In this document: piece by piece, positions 1 to 12,388 of the stretch
Layout: the number at the start of each line of letters is the position of its first letter
Position numbering within the stretch: the first letter of the stretch is position 1
DNA from: an uncultured delta proteobacterium
GTDB lineage: Bacteria > Myxococcota_A > Polyangia > Polyangiales > Polyangiaceae
NCBI GenBank assembly: GCA_963782055.1
Contig: CAWAIF010000003.1
Location: 2,944,001-3,008,000, forward strand
Reading direction: 5' to 3'
DNA: 64,000 nucleotides
Made by a program: the position numbers and the translations under genes
The notes under the pieces: model-generated
Seen by the model: the letters and a program-made list of their open reading frames with translations, nothing else
Told to the model about the DNA's origin: nothing
Database searches by the model: none

Positions 1-37
1 CGCCGGCCGGCCGACCGCCCGAAGGGCGCGATGCCAA

Positions 38-1579
38 TCACTCCAGGCCGAAGAAGGTCCGCACCTTGGCGAGGATCTGCTGCTCCTCGGTCTCCTGGAC
101 ACGCTTCTTGGCCTCGGCGTCCAGGTCACCCTTGGCGGCGAGCAGCTCCACCTTGCGCTCGGCCAGGGTGCGCGACATCGCCGCGGCCACCTCCGGCCGG
201 GCGCGCAGGATGTGATCGAACCCCTTCTTGTCCAGGCGGTAGCACTCCACGTCGTTCACCGCGATGACGTCGTTGGCGCGCGGCTCGCCGGTCATCAGCC
301 CCATCTCACCGAAGAAGGAGGGTGCCGGGACGTTGGCGACGACGGTGGAGATCTCCCCGTCCCCGTGGACGCGCATCTCCACCTCGCCGGTGACCAGGAT
401 GTAGAGCCAGTGGGCGACGTTGCCCTGCTTGGTGATGGTCTCGTTGCGCGCGAAGGGTGCGTAGCGCAGGTGGTCGATCAGGGAGTCGATCTCCTCCGGC
501 TTGAGCACCTTGAAGAGCGCGACCGAGCGGAGCGCGGCGGCCCGCTTGGCGCGGTGCCGCTCCGACCGGCGAGAGTCCTCGCCCTCGTCGATGGCGACGA
601 AGGTGGTGTTCGTCGGGCGGGCGAAGGGGATGTCGGCGCGGCGCAGGGCCGCCTGCACACGCGCGCGCACCAGGCAGTTCGTCGGGTCGTCGTAGGCGAG
701 GTCGGTCAGCCAGTAGCGCACGGCGTAGTAGACGAAGCTGTCGCGCCCCTCGCGCGCGAAGTCGAAGGAGATGCAGTGGGGCTTCGGCTCCTCCGCCACG
801 TTGGGGATGGGCGAGGCCTGCAGCGCCTCGTTCACCACGTCGATGACCTGGTTCTGCGGGTAGCGGAAGTCCACGTTGAAGTAGACCCAGTAGCGGTACT
901 GCCGGCGCTCCTGCCCCTCCCGCTTGCCCATCACGATGATCTGCTGGGCGAGCAGCATGGAGTTGGGGACGATCAGCGTGCCCCAGTTGCGTGTCTCCAG
1001 CACGGTGTGGCGCCAGCGGATGCGCTTGACCTTGCCCTGCCGGCCGTTGTCGAGCAGCAGCCAGTCTCCCTCGTGGATGGAGCCGTCGAGCTGCAGGGCG
1101 ACGCCGCCGATGACGTTGCCCAGCGTGGACTGCAGCGACAGCGCCAGGATGGCGCTCACCACCGCCGAGGCGCCCAGCACCGAGGAGGCGTTGAAGCCCT
1201 CCTCGCTCATCGCGCCGAGGGTGGCGACGACGTACCCCGCGCCGACCGCGAGATCGCTGGCGATGTCGGGCAGCTCGATGGAGACCGCCGGCAGCGCGAG
1301 GTCGAAGAGGGCGACCACGCCCAGGTTGAGGATGACGAAGGCCTCGAGCAGGTGCGCGCCGAAGCCGAAGCGGTGCGCCCAGCGGTCGGCGCCGGCCACG
1401 CTCGCCGCCACCAGGCCCGCCTCCGCGACCAGCATGAGCAGGTAGAGGATGACGACACGGCGGAGCATGCGCCGGCTCGCCGGCCGGAACCGGTTGACCA
1501 GCATGGCCAGCACGACGATGGCCGCGAAGAGCGCGGCGAGCGCCCACCGGTCGCGGACCTGCGCGAAGAGTGCCCCCAT
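38..1579 (-). CDS. MscS-family mechanosensitive channel with C-terminal cyclic-nucleotide-binding domain
   Basis: N-terminal TM helices; MscS core (LSLQSTLGNVIGGVALQLDGSIHEGDW...GKVKRIRWRHTVLET); cNMP-binding signature FFGEMGLMTGEPRANDV. Confidence 0.9.
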   Translation of the reverse strand: MGALFAQVRDRWALAALFAAIVVLAMLVNRFRPASRRMLRRVVILYLLMLVAEAGLVAASVAGADRWAHRFGFGAHLLEAFVILNLGVVALFDLALPAVSIELPDIASDLAVGAGYVVATLGAMSEEGFNASSVLGASAVVSAILALSLQSTLGNVIGGVALQLDGSIHEGDWLLLDNGRQGKVKRIRWRHTVLETRNWGTLIVPNSMLLAQQIIVMGKREGQERRQYRYWVYFNVDFRYPQNQVIDVVNEALQASPIPNVAEEPKPHCISFDFAREGRDSFVYYAVRYWLTDLAYDDPTNCLVRARVQAALRRADIPFARPTNTTFVAIDEGEDSRRSERHRAKRAAALRSVALFKVLKPEEIDSLIDHLRYAPFARNETITKQGNVAHWLYILVTGEVEMRVHGDGEISTVVANVPAPSFFGEMGLMTGEPRANDVIAVNDVECYRLDKKGFDHILRARPEVAAAMSRTLAERKVELLAAKGDLDAEAKKRVQETEEQQILAKVRTFFGLE

Positions 1580-1589
1580 GGACCGCGCG

Positions 1590-4415
<2,826 letters not shown>

Positions 4416-4537
4416 TTGGCTGTAGTTAGCGCAATCTAGGGTCGGCCATCAGACTTTTCCGCCCCGCCGGGCCACCTTTTTGGCAGGGGCACGGCGTCCC
4501 CACCCGCCCCGCGGCACGGGCGTGCGCCGCCCGCGTG

Positions 4538-4557
4538 ATCGCGAGCATGCTCACGAT
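4538..4557. promoter_or_regulatory. Near-perfect 20-bp palindrome ATCGCGAGCATGCTCACGAT upstream of sucA
   Basis: Read directly; 18/20 identical to the palindrome at 23942..23961. Confidence 0.45.
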
Positions 4558-4588
4558 TGGACGCGCCCGGCTGCCTCTGCCGCGAAGG

Positions 4589-5485
4589 TCACTCCCCGGT
4601 GAGCCACGGGAGCAGGTCGATGTCGGGGTCCAGCGAGACCAGGACTGCCTCGACCGTGATGGCGGAGACCACCGTCCCGGCGGGGGCGATGCGCACGCCG
4701 TCCGGGCCGCGCCACACCACCACGCGGACGGCCTGGGAGGTGCGGACGGGCGCGGCGGACTCTGCCGTATCTCCGGTGTCGTCGGCCTGCGTCTTCTTCG
4801 GCCCGGCCTGGTAGGCGGGAGCACCGATGCGCGTGCGCTCGGTCCCGAAGACCGGCACGTCGGCGTTCACCTCCGTCGGCCAGGCGTCGGCCTCCTGCGC
4901 GTTGACGCGGCTCGTCTCACCGGGGTCCGCCTTGGCAGGCTTGCGATCCAGGATCATCTCGTGGGTGTCAGTGTGCTCCTCCGAGGGGTCTGGCCGGCTC
5001 GCCGAGCGCGCGCGGTGGGAGGTGCTCTTGGAGCTGCCTCGCGGCGCGTGTGTCTCGCCGGAGAGCGACTTGCGGTGCGACTTACGCTCGTCCCTGGACG
5101 GCGCCGAGGGGCTCTTCGCGCGCGCGGGTTTCGACGGCGCGGGCTTGGGCACCGGGCGCGCCGGGCTGCCGGCGGCGGGGCGAGGCGCCGCCGACGGGCG
5201 CGGGGCGGACGACGGGCGCGGCGGGGGAATGCTCGGCGGGGGCGGCGGCGTCGAGAGCAAGGCCGAGACGTCGGACGCGGCCTTCGCCAGCTCCAGCGCG
5301 CGCGTGTCGTCGTCCGCCTCCGAGGCGGCCTCGGCGGCGCGACGGAGCCACTTGGCGGCCTCCATGCGATCGCCGCGGCCCCACATCGTCTGGGCGGTCG
5401 ACAGCGCCCACGCCACGTCCTCCGGGTCGTTCTTGCGAGCCTGCGGGATGGGAGACTGCATGGGGCGCACGCCAGCGTCGACCAT
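4589..5485 (-). CDS. Hypothetical protein: helical N-domain, Pro/Ser-rich linker, short C-terminal beta domain
   Basis: 298-aa ORF with typical codon usage; ordered N-terminus (DPEDVAWALSTAQTMW...AAKWLRRAAEAA) and C-terminus (QAVRVVVWRGPDGVRIAPAG). Confidence 0.75.
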   Translation of the reverse strand: MVDAGVRPMQSPIPQARKNDPEDVAWALSTAQTMWGRGDRMEAAKWLRRAAEAASEADDDTRALELAKAASDVSALLSTPPPPPSIPPPRPSSAPRPSAAPRPAAGSPARPVPKPAPSKPARAKSPSAPSRDERKSHRKSLSGETHAPRGSSKSTSHRARSASRPDPSEEHTDTHEMILDRKPAKADPGETSRVNAQEADAWPTEVNADVPVFGTERTRIGAPAYQAGPKKTQADDTGDTAESAAPVRTSQAVRVVVWRGPDGVRIAPAGTVVSAITVEAVLVSLDPDIDLLPWLTGE

Positions 5486-5578
5486 CCGCCGCGCGGGCGC
5501 AACTGGCTCGTGGCCCCCGGAGGCCGGATCAGCCTCCCGGAGGTTGAACGGCGCCCCGGACCGGAACCGGCGGGCGCC

Positions 5579-5996
5579 TCAGAAGGAACCGGTCAAGCCG
5601 GCGCCCCACCCGGTGCCGAGACGCAGGGGGGCGAGCTCGAGGCGTGCGGCGTCGTCCCTGACGAGCGTGAGGCGGGGGACGAACCCCAGGACCGCGGCCA
5701 CCAGGCTGGATGCCTGCAGAAGAGTGTCGGTGATGAGGAGCGCCGCGATCCAGTCCCCCGCCGCCTCGTTGGAGGCCGGAGCGATGGTGGCCAGCGTCGC
5801 CACGGGGCCGACGACAGGGATGAAGAGCGGCCAGTAGGGGTTTCGGCAACCGGAGGCGTCGCAGAGCTTGCCCGCGTCGCTGCTGCCGACGGTGGCGACG
5901 ATCCGCACGAGCGGGGGGCGCGCTCGATGCCAGGACGGCGCCGACGCAGAGGCAGAGCGCGTATCGCCAGGGTGCAGGAGAAGAGGCCGATCGCAT
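5579..5996 (-). pseudogene. Frameshifted or internally deleted exported membrane protein
   Basis: Signal-peptide-like MRSASSPAPWRYALCLCVGAVLASSAPPARAD in one frame; body IVATVGSSDAGKLC...YWPLFIPVVGP...GWGAGLTGSF in another; junction near 5900. Confidence 0.5.
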
Positions 5997-6110
5997 GGAA
6001 GCGCTCCATGCGACTCTACCCCGTCGTGGGCGAGGGCGGTCTCCCTGCACATCGACCCGATGGCTCCGGGCGACTTGAAGGCCGCGTCCCGGCCGGCTAC
6101 CCCTTGTCCC

Positions 6111-6311
6111 ATGCAGCTCACCATCAACGGCGAACCTCGCGACGTCCCCGACGGGCTCACCGTCCGCGGTCTCCTCGCGCACCTCGGCCTGGACACCGGG
6201 CCGGTCGCGGTGGAGATCAACCGCGCCGTCGTGCCGCGCGCCGAGCACCCTGCGCGCGCCGTCTCCGCCGGGGACGTGGTGGAGATCGTGCACCTCGTCG
6301 GCGGCGGTTGA
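6111..6311 (+). CDS. thiS: Sulfur carrier protein ThiS
   Basis: 66 aa, MQLTINGE...VAVEINRAVVPR...GDVVEIVHLVGGG with terminal Gly-Gly. Confidence 0.93.
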   Translation: MQLTINGEPRDVPDGLTVRGLLAHLGLDTGPVAVEINRAVVPRAEHPARAVSAGDVVEIVHLVGGG

Positions 6312-6315
6312 CGGG

Positions 6316-7113
6316 TCAAGCATTGCGGGCGACGCGGTCGCACGCCTCGCGCGCCCGCGCCACCTCGCGCGCCACGGCCTCGCGCGCCTTCTGGCAGAGC
6401 GGCCCCGCGGCCGTCTCGCCATCGGCCGGGATGGCAGCGCCCACGGCCATCACCACCGTGCTGCCCGGGCTCGCGGCGAGGCGGGCCAGGTGCTCGGGGA
6501 CGCTCTCGTCCAGGAAGGCGGCGCCCGACCCGCGCGGGTAGGCGATGCCGACTGGGATGACGTCCACCTCCGAGCGGAGCGCCGCCAGGAACGCGCCGGC
6601 GTGGAAGGGGCGGACCTCGTCGCCCTCGAAGGTGGTGCCCTCCGGGAAGACGGTGACGGTGCGGCCCTCGCGCAGGGCGTTGCGCATGACGCGGATGGCG
6701 CCCGCGCGGCTGGAGGAGCTCTGGCGGTCGACGAAGAGGGTGCCGGCCTTCCTGGCGCCCCAGCCGATGAGCGGCCAGCCGGCGACGTCGGCACGGCTGA
6801 GCAGCGCCCCGCCGAAGCCGCGCATGAGGATGACCACGTCGATCATCCCGCGGTGGTTGGCGACCACCAGGCGCGCCCGGCGGGAGGGGACCTTGTCGGC
6901 GTGGTCCGCCTCGCCGAGCACCAGCAGATCGATCCCGAACATGCGCAGCATCGCGTCGCACCACACGCGGGTGTGGCGATCGCGCAGCGCCTGCCGGTCC
7001 GCCTCCGGCGTGCTCGGCTCGCGCACCGCGTAGGCGGAGACGATGCCCGCCGTCGCGCCGAGCACGCCCAGGGCACGGCCCGCGCGTCGCGCCTGCGCCC
7101 GCACCGGGGTCAC
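6316..7113 (-). CDS. Lysophospholipid (1-acyl-glycerol-3-phosphate) acyltransferase family protein
   Basis: NH(x)4D motif (ANHRGMID), FVDR and VFPEGT; GTG start overlaps the upstream stop (GTGA). Confidence 0.88.
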   Translation of the reverse strand: MTPVRAQARRAGRALGVLGATAGIVSAYAVREPSTPEADRQALRDRHTRVWCDAMLRMFGIDLLVLGEADHADKVPSRRARLVVANHRGMIDVVILMRGFGGALLSRADVAGWPLIGWGARKAGTLFVDRQSSSSRAGAIRVMRNALREGRTVTVFPEGTTFEGDEVRPFHAGAFLAALRSEVDVIPVGIAYPRGSGAAFLDESVPEHLARLAASPGSTVVMAVGAAIPADGETAAGPLCQKAREAVAREVARAREACDRVARNA

Positions 7114-8249
7114 CAGAGCCTCCGGAGGCCGTAGGCGAGCCACTCGAAGGCGCGGCGGGTGCGGGGGCGCAGCCGCCAGGTGGCGAGGTCGACGCGCTGA
7201 CCCTCGCGGCAGTCGCGCTCGAAGGAGTCGCGCACGTGGGCGGCGAAGGCCTCGTCGTCGACGGCGAGGTTGACCTCCAGGTTCTTGCGCCAGGAGCGCT
7301 CGTCCAGGTTGTAGCTGCCGATGGTGGCGAAGTCGTCGACGATGGCGGTCTTGGCGTGGAGGACGCGCCCGGGCAGCGCGTAGATCTCCACGCCGTGCTT
7401 GAGGAGCTTGTCGAAGAGCGCCTCCACCGCGAACTGGACGATGGGGAGATCGCTGCGGTCGGGGACGAGCACGCGCACGCGCACGCCGCGCTCCGCCGCG
7501 CGCCAGAGCGCGCCGCGCACCGAGCGGTTCGGCACGAAGTAGCTGTTGGCGATGTCGACCGAGCGCTGGGCGTGCTGGATGCGCCACAGGTACTCGCGGC
7601 GGATGTCGCGCCGCTTGCGCCACGGGCTGGCGAGCACCCACACGCGGGAGGTGCGCCGGCGGTGGATGGGCCGCACGTCCGGCGGGAGGTCGCGGGGCTT
7701 GCTCCCAGGTGTGCCGTCGCTCGCCTTGCGCCAGGTGTCGTAAAAGAGGGTGCGGAGCTCCTGCGCGGCGTCGCCGCGCACCCCAATCATGTCGTCGCGC
7801 CAGCCCTGCCCGCCCTCGGCCTCGGGGAGCCACTGCCGGCTCAGGTTGATGCCGCCGGTGAAGCCGATGCGACCGTCCACCACCAGCAGCTTGCGGTGAT
7901 CGCGCCGCTCCAGCATGTCCAGCGTGAGGGCGCTGCGCAGGGGGAAGAGGGCGTGGAAGGGGACGACCTGGCCGCCCGCGTCCACCAGCCGCCCCCAGAA
8001 CGCCGGGGTGATGGCGAGGCTGCCGAAGGCGTCGTAGATGACGCGGACGGTGACCCCCTGCTTCGCCTTCTCGACCAGGGCGTCGAGGAAGCGCAGGCCC
8101 GCGCGGTCGGGGTTGACCCAGTACATCTCCAGCAGGACCTCGCGCTCGGCGTGGCGGATGGCGTCGAGCATGACGGGGAAGGCCTGCGCGCCGTCGCGCA
8201 GGAGGCAGACCTCGTCGGCACGCACGGCGAACCAGATGACGTCAGTCAC
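7110..8249 (-). CDS. Cardiolipin synthase B-like phospholipase D family protein
   Basis: Two HKD motifs (DHRKLLVVDG...GGIN; LHAKTAIVDD...GSYNLD); no N-terminal TM hairpin. Confidence 0.9.
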   Translation of the reverse strand: MTDVIWFAVRADEVCLLRDGAQAFPVMLDAIRHAEREVLLEMYWVNPDRAGLRFLDALVEKAKQGVTVRVIYDAFGSLAITPAFWGRLVDAGGQVVPFHALFPLRSALTLDMLERRDHRKLLVVDGRIGFTGGINLSRQWLPEAEGGQGWRDDMIGVRGDAAQELRTLFYDTWRKASDGTPGSKPRDLPPDVRPIHRRRTSRVWVLASPWRKRRDIRREYLWRIQHAQRSVDIANSYFVPNRSVRGALWRAAERGVRVRVLVPDRSDLPIVQFAVEALFDKLLKHGVEIYALPGRVLHAKTAIVDDFATIGSYNLDERSWRKNLEVNLAVDDEAFAAHVRDSFERDCREGQRVDLATWRLRPRTRRAFEWLAYGLRRLW

Positions 8250-10639
8250 GGTGACCTCTTGATGGGGGGGCGCGCGGCGACGATCACCAGCGCGTCGTCC
8301 TTGAGCGCGGAGGCCGCGTCGGCCTTCAACCGGGCGAGCGCGGGGGGCGGCGCGTCCTTCGTCCCGCGCCAGAGCGCGATGGCACGCGCGCGCGGGTCCA
8401 GCATGGCCTTGCGCGCGTCGGCGGCGGCGCGCGTGCGCGCGCGCGCGAGGTCAGCGTCGGTGAGGGCGCCGTGCGCGACCCGCGCGAAGAGGGCGCGCAC
8501 CTGCGTGACGGCGGCGTCCAGCGCGGAGCCCGGCGCGTCCACGTGGACGACGAGCGCGGGGGCGCTCGCCGGGCCGACGGACCGCACGTCGAAGGAGCGC
8601 GCCAGCCCGTCGCCGAGCGCGCGGGCGAGCAGGCCGTCGTGCCCGCCGAGGATGGCCGCGATCCACGGTGCCGCCGGGGCCGTCTCGCCCCGGAAGGAGG
8701 CCCCGAGGTACGCCTCGCTCGCGCCGTCGGTCTCGACGGCGTAGGTGCCCGCTCGCGGTGGGGCCGTCGTGGCCGCGGCGGGACAGGTGCGCGGGCCCGG
8801 GGTGCGCTCCACCCAGCGATCGATCGCGCGCAGCGCCTCGTCGCCCTGCGCGTGGCTGTCGTTGGCGAGGACCACCGCGCGCAGCGGGCCTCGACGCAGC
8901 GCCTCTGCCCTCGCGGCCACCGCGGCGGGCGAGAGGTGTCGCAGCCCGGCGACCGTGCCTGTCGGCAGGAGGGAGGAGGGCGCCGCCGGAGAGAGCGCGA
9001 CGGCGAGGGTGGAGAGCGCGGGCGACGCCTCTCCGAGCAGCACGCCCTGCGCGCGCGGGACGCTGTCCATGTCGTCCACCGCGAAGCTGCGCGCCGCGGC
9101 GTCGGCGATGCGCCGCGCGAGCCGGCCGGGTGACTCCTGCGGCCGCGCGCTGGCGTGCACCACCACCCCGACGCCGTCGGCGGCGACCCACGGGTCGGCC
9201 TCCACGCGGTAGACGCGCCGGGCGTGCCGCGCGACGGCGACGGCGAAGGCCGCGGAGAGGCCGGCGTCGGCCGAGGTCTCGCCGGTCACGCCGCATGCGG
9301 AGGCGACGAGCACGTAGGCCTCGCGCTGCCCGCGCTCCACCGCCGCGCGCCCCTGGACCACGGGCGCGCCCGCGTCGGCGCGCACCCTCTCCAGCTCGCG
9401 ACGGAGCGCGTCCCGCGCCGCCTCGAGATCCGCCGGCGTGGGCGCCGCGCGCGCGGTGTCGAGGCCGATCGCCACCGGACCCGGTGTGGCCGGGACGGCG
9501 CGATCATCCAGCTCGGCCAGCGCCAGCACCGCCCCCTGCTCGGCCGCGTCGCGCGGGTCGGCCAGCGGCGGCGGCGTGACGCTCGGCTCTGCGGCGGCGA
9601 TGGACATCTCGTGCTGGGCCAGGTCCACCAGGGCGGCGACGCGCGCCGGCGCCTTGCGCGCGTCGGCGGGCGCGCGCAGCGTCACCGAGATGCACGCCGA
9701 GCGCGCGTGGGTGCTGGCGATGACCGACTCCACGCGCGCGGCAGGCTCGGTGGCGCGGAGCCGCGCGACGAGCGCGCCGTCGCGCGCGCCGAGGGATGCC
9801 GCCGCGTCCGGGGCGCGCGCGGCGTCGAGGCGCAGCGTGAGCGATACGCGCGTCGTCCCGGGCGTGCCGTCGTCGCTGGCGTCGTAGACCGCGAGGTCCG
9901 TCGTGGGCGCCGCCTCCGGCGGGAGGGGCGCCGCATCGGGCCACGCCGGCCCGGACGTCAGGCCCGCGGCGACGCTGCGGACGAAGGCGTCTGGGCCGAC
10001 CGCGGCCCAGGCCACGCGGCCGAGGCCGCCGGCGGCCTTCCGCCACGCGTCCAGCTCGGCGACCGACGGCAGCGCGGCGGGCGGCGGGCGCACGACCCTG
10101 CCGTCGCACGCAGCGACCGGCGCGAGGGCGCGGGGGACGGCGCGGAGGTTGCCGAGCGCGGTGAGCTTGACCAGCGCCGCGGCGCGGTCCGCGTCGGACA
10201 CCGGGTCGAGCAGCGCCGCGCGAAGCAGCGCGGCGGTGGCGGCGGCGTCGGCCGGTCGCTGCACCCACCCGCGGACCCGGAAGCCGTCCGCCTGCGGCAC
10301 GACCGCCACATCGGACCAGCCACGCGCGCGCAGGCGCGCCTGGACGACGGCGCCGAGGGCCACCGCGACCGTGGCGCCGCGCTCGGGCGCGATGCCCTCG
10401 GTGGTCACGGCGGCCGCCAGGCCGTCGAGCGGGTCGCCGTCACGCACCAGCGTGGCGAGCGGCGGGCGCCCCGCGGCGCGGAGGACCGACTGGGTGGGAG
10501 CCCTGTACGGGGCGGCGGACGGCGTCGTGGTGGTGTGCCGGACCGCGGGTGTGCACGCGACCGCCGCGGCGATCTGCGCCACGAGGGCGAGGACGCTCAG
10601 CTCACTTCGCCTGGCCCGGCGAGCCCGCTCCTCCGCCAT
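8246..10639 (-). CDS. Large Ala-rich putative lipoprotein, possibly a degenerate peptidase-M16-like protein
   Basis: 797-aa ORF; lipobox-like AVAC after a hydrophobic stretch; C-terminal WIAAILGG..GLLARAL and GALTDADLARAR recall M16 C-domains; no HxxEH. Confidence 0.6.
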   Translation of the reverse strand: MAEERARRARRSELSVLALVAQIAAAVACTPAVRHTTTTPSAAPYRAPTQSVLRAAGRPPLATLVRDGDPLDGLAAAVTTEGIAPERGATVAVALGAVVQARLRARGWSDVAVVPQADGFRVRGWVQRPADAAATAALLRAALLDPVSDADRAAALVKLTALGNLRAVPRALAPVAACDGRVVRPPPAALPSVAELDAWRKAAGGLGRVAWAAVGPDAFVRSVAAGLTSGPAWPDAAPLPPEAAPTTDLAVYDASDDGTPGTTRVSLTLRLDAARAPDAAASLGARDGALVARLRATEPAARVESVIASTHARSACISVTLRAPADARKAPARVAALVDLAQHEMSIAAAEPSVTPPPLADPRDAAEQGAVLALAELDDRAVPATPGPVAIGLDTARAAPTPADLEAARDALRRELERVRADAGAPVVQGRAAVERGQREAYVLVASACGVTGETSADAGLSAAFAVAVARHARRVYRVEADPWVAADGVGVVVHASARPQESPGRLARRIADAAARSFAVDDMDSVPRAQGVLLGEASPALSTLAVALSPAAPSSLLPTGTVAGLRHLSPAAVAARAEALRRGPLRAVVLANDSHAQGDEALRAIDRWVERTPGPRTCPAAATTAPPRAGTYAVETDGASEAYLGASFRGETAPAAPWIAAILGGHDGLLARALGDGLARSFDVRSVGPASAPALVVHVDAPGSALDAAVTQVRALFARVAHGALTDADLARARTRAAADARKAMLDPRARAIALWRGTKDAPPPALARLKADAASALKDDALVIVAARPPIKRSP

Positions 10640-10648
10640 GCCTCCCCA

Positions 10649-11407
10649 TCACTGCACGAGGTCGGCCGCGGAGCGCGGCGCGATCTTCAAGTTGAAGAAG
10701 TACGTGACGAGCCCGGTGACGGACGCGAAGTGCGTGCCCGGCGGGTAGGCGTTCGCGGGGATGTCGTACAGCTCGTTGCTGATCGAGGGGCCGCCCTGGA
10801 GGTTGGTGAAGTCGGCGGTGACGCGTCCCTTGCCGTCGCCCGTCGTGCCGGTGGCGAGGGTGACGTCCTTGACGGTGACCAGCAGCCCGATCCACTTGCG
10901 CCCGCTGTCGAAGTTGTTCAGGTCGGCGACGTCGATGACGGCCGGCTCGGGCGGCGTGGTGCTGTACTGCAGGGCGACGGCCGGCTTGGCCATCTGCGGG
11001 AGGAAGGCGGGGCTGAAGTCGACCGTGGTGCCGATGGTCTGCTGCTCGACGTACTGTCCGTCGATGTCGACCACGTCGCCCGGGGCGAGGCGCAGGTCCG
11101 CCGGCTGGAGGGTGGGGGAGTAGAGGCTGATGCCGCCCAGCGGGCCGGCCAGATCCACGTCCTGCAGGTAGATGGTGCCGCGACTCTTGCCGTCCTTCGT
11201 CTCGTCGAAGGCGTCGACCGCCGTCACCACGGCGCTGGAGACCGACACAGTCTGCCCGGCGAGCCCGCGCGCGGGGTCCTGCACGTCGCGCAGGCGCATG
11301 CCCTGCCCCAGCACCGAGGGTGTGTAGGGCGCGGGGGGATCGCCGGCGCGGCTGGAGCACGCGGCGGCGAGGGCGAGGCAGCACGTGAGCAGGAGGGCAC
11401 GGCGCAT
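10649..11407 (-). CDS. Lipoprotein with probable tandem OB-fold-like beta domains
   Basis: Lipobox LAAAC; GTIYLQD...GGISLY, LAPGDVVDIDGQYVE, SVTGLVTYFFNLKIAPRSAADL resemble OB repeats of extracellular nucleases. Confidence 0.7.
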   Translation of the reverse strand: MRRALLLTCCLALAAACSSRAGDPPAPYTPSVLGQGMRLRDVQDPARGLAGQTVSVSSAVVTAVDAFDETKDGKSRGTIYLQDVDLAGPLGGISLYSPTLQPADLRLAPGDVVDIDGQYVEQQTIGTTVDFSPAFLPQMAKPAVALQYSTTPPEPAVIDVADLNNFDSGRKWIGLLVTVKDVTLATGTTGDGKGRVTADFTNLQGGPSISNELYDIPANAYPPGTHFASVTGLVTYFFNLKIAPRSAADLVQ

Positions 11408-11457
11408 CCGGGTGGCGTTTGCTTACAACACCGGGCGCCCGGAGACCAGCGGTCGAG

Positions 11458-11542
11458 CGTCACAGTGACGTAACGATCGGCGTAACGATCGGCCGGAACG
11501 TTACGCTCTGGGGGGGGTGTGACGGTGGGGACCCAGGTGACG
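11458..11542. promoter_or_regulatory. Cluster of GT(G/A)ACG repeats in a divergent promoter region
   Basis: CGTCAC-A-GTGACG palindrome 11458..11470; CGTAACGATCGG x2 at 11469..11492; inverted CGTTACG 11499..11505; GTGACG at 11519 and 11537. Confidence 0.45.
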
Positions 11543-11601
11543 CGTAGCCCAGTCCTACGGGGAAATCGGCCGTTTCTTCCTCAAGGTGCCCTCTCCGGGC
11601 G

Positions 11602-12336
11602 ATGGCACGGCGGCTGCACTGGGGGTCCCCGTCGCGCGGACGTCGCGACACTTTTTGGAGGACGACGAAGATGACCAGGCGAGTTCGTGAGAGCGGAGTG
11701 TTCGTGGCGGTGACCCTTGACGTCGCTCGCAGCATGCCCAGCGAGTGGACCGACGAGGTGCTGCTGGCACATCTGGTCGCGAGCGAGCCGGCCGCGTGGC
11801 GCGAGTTCCAGCGTCGTTTCGGGCGGCTCATCGACCGCTGCATCATGAAGGTCACCCGGCGCTTCAGCTCGGTGGTCTCCCCCGACGACGTGCGCGAGAT
11901 CGCCGCGACGCTGCAGCTGTCGCTCCTCGCCAACGACATGCACAAGCTCCGCACCTTCGACCCGGAGCGCGGCAACCGCTTCTCGAGCTGGATCGGCCTG
12001 CTGGCGATCAACTGCGCCTACGACTACCTGCGCTCGCTGCGCCGCGAGCCGGGCAAGACCTCGCTGAGCGACGCCTCCGAGCTGGTGTGCGAGACGCCGG
12101 ACCCCTTCGAGATGGTGGCGCAGCGGCAGCGCGCTGGCATCGCCCGGCGGATGCTGGACGGCTTCAGCGCGCGTGATCGCGCGTTCGCCGCGCTCTACTT
12201 CGGCGAGGGGATGGACCCGCAGGCGATCGCGCGGCGGATGAACATCAGCGTGAAGACGGTGTACTCGAAGAAGCACAAGATCCAGGCTCGCCTGGAGGCG
12301 CTGCACCGCGACGAGGTCGGGACCGTCGCTGCCTGA
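11602..12336 (+). CDS. ECF-type sigma-70 factor (true start possibly 11671 or 11734)
   Basis: Region 2 (AWREFQRRF...FDPERGNRFSSWIGLLAINCAYDYLR) and region 4 HTH (YFGEGMDPQAIARRMNISVKTVYSKKHKI). Confidence 0.88.
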   Translation: MARRLHWGSPSRGRRDTFWRTTKMTRRVRESGVFVAVTLDVARSMPSEWTDEVLLAHLVASEPAAWREFQRRFGRLIDRCIMKVTRRFSSVVSPDDVREIAATLQLSLLANDMHKLRTFDPERGNRFSSWIGLLAINCAYDYLRSLRREPGKTSLSDASELVCETPDPFEMVAQRQRAGIARRMLDGFSARDRAFAALYFGEGMDPQAIARRMNISVKTVYSKKHKIQARLEALHRDEVGTVAA

Positions 12337-12388
12337 GCGCTCCTGGACGCGCGCCCTCTGCCGCGCGCCGAGAGGCCGCTCGTGGTTA

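Noticed and set aside
6111..6311. Isolated thiS as part of a ubiquitin-like conjugation or defence system
   Set aside because: The sequence is canonical ThiS and no E1/ThiF, E2 or JAB gene is nearby
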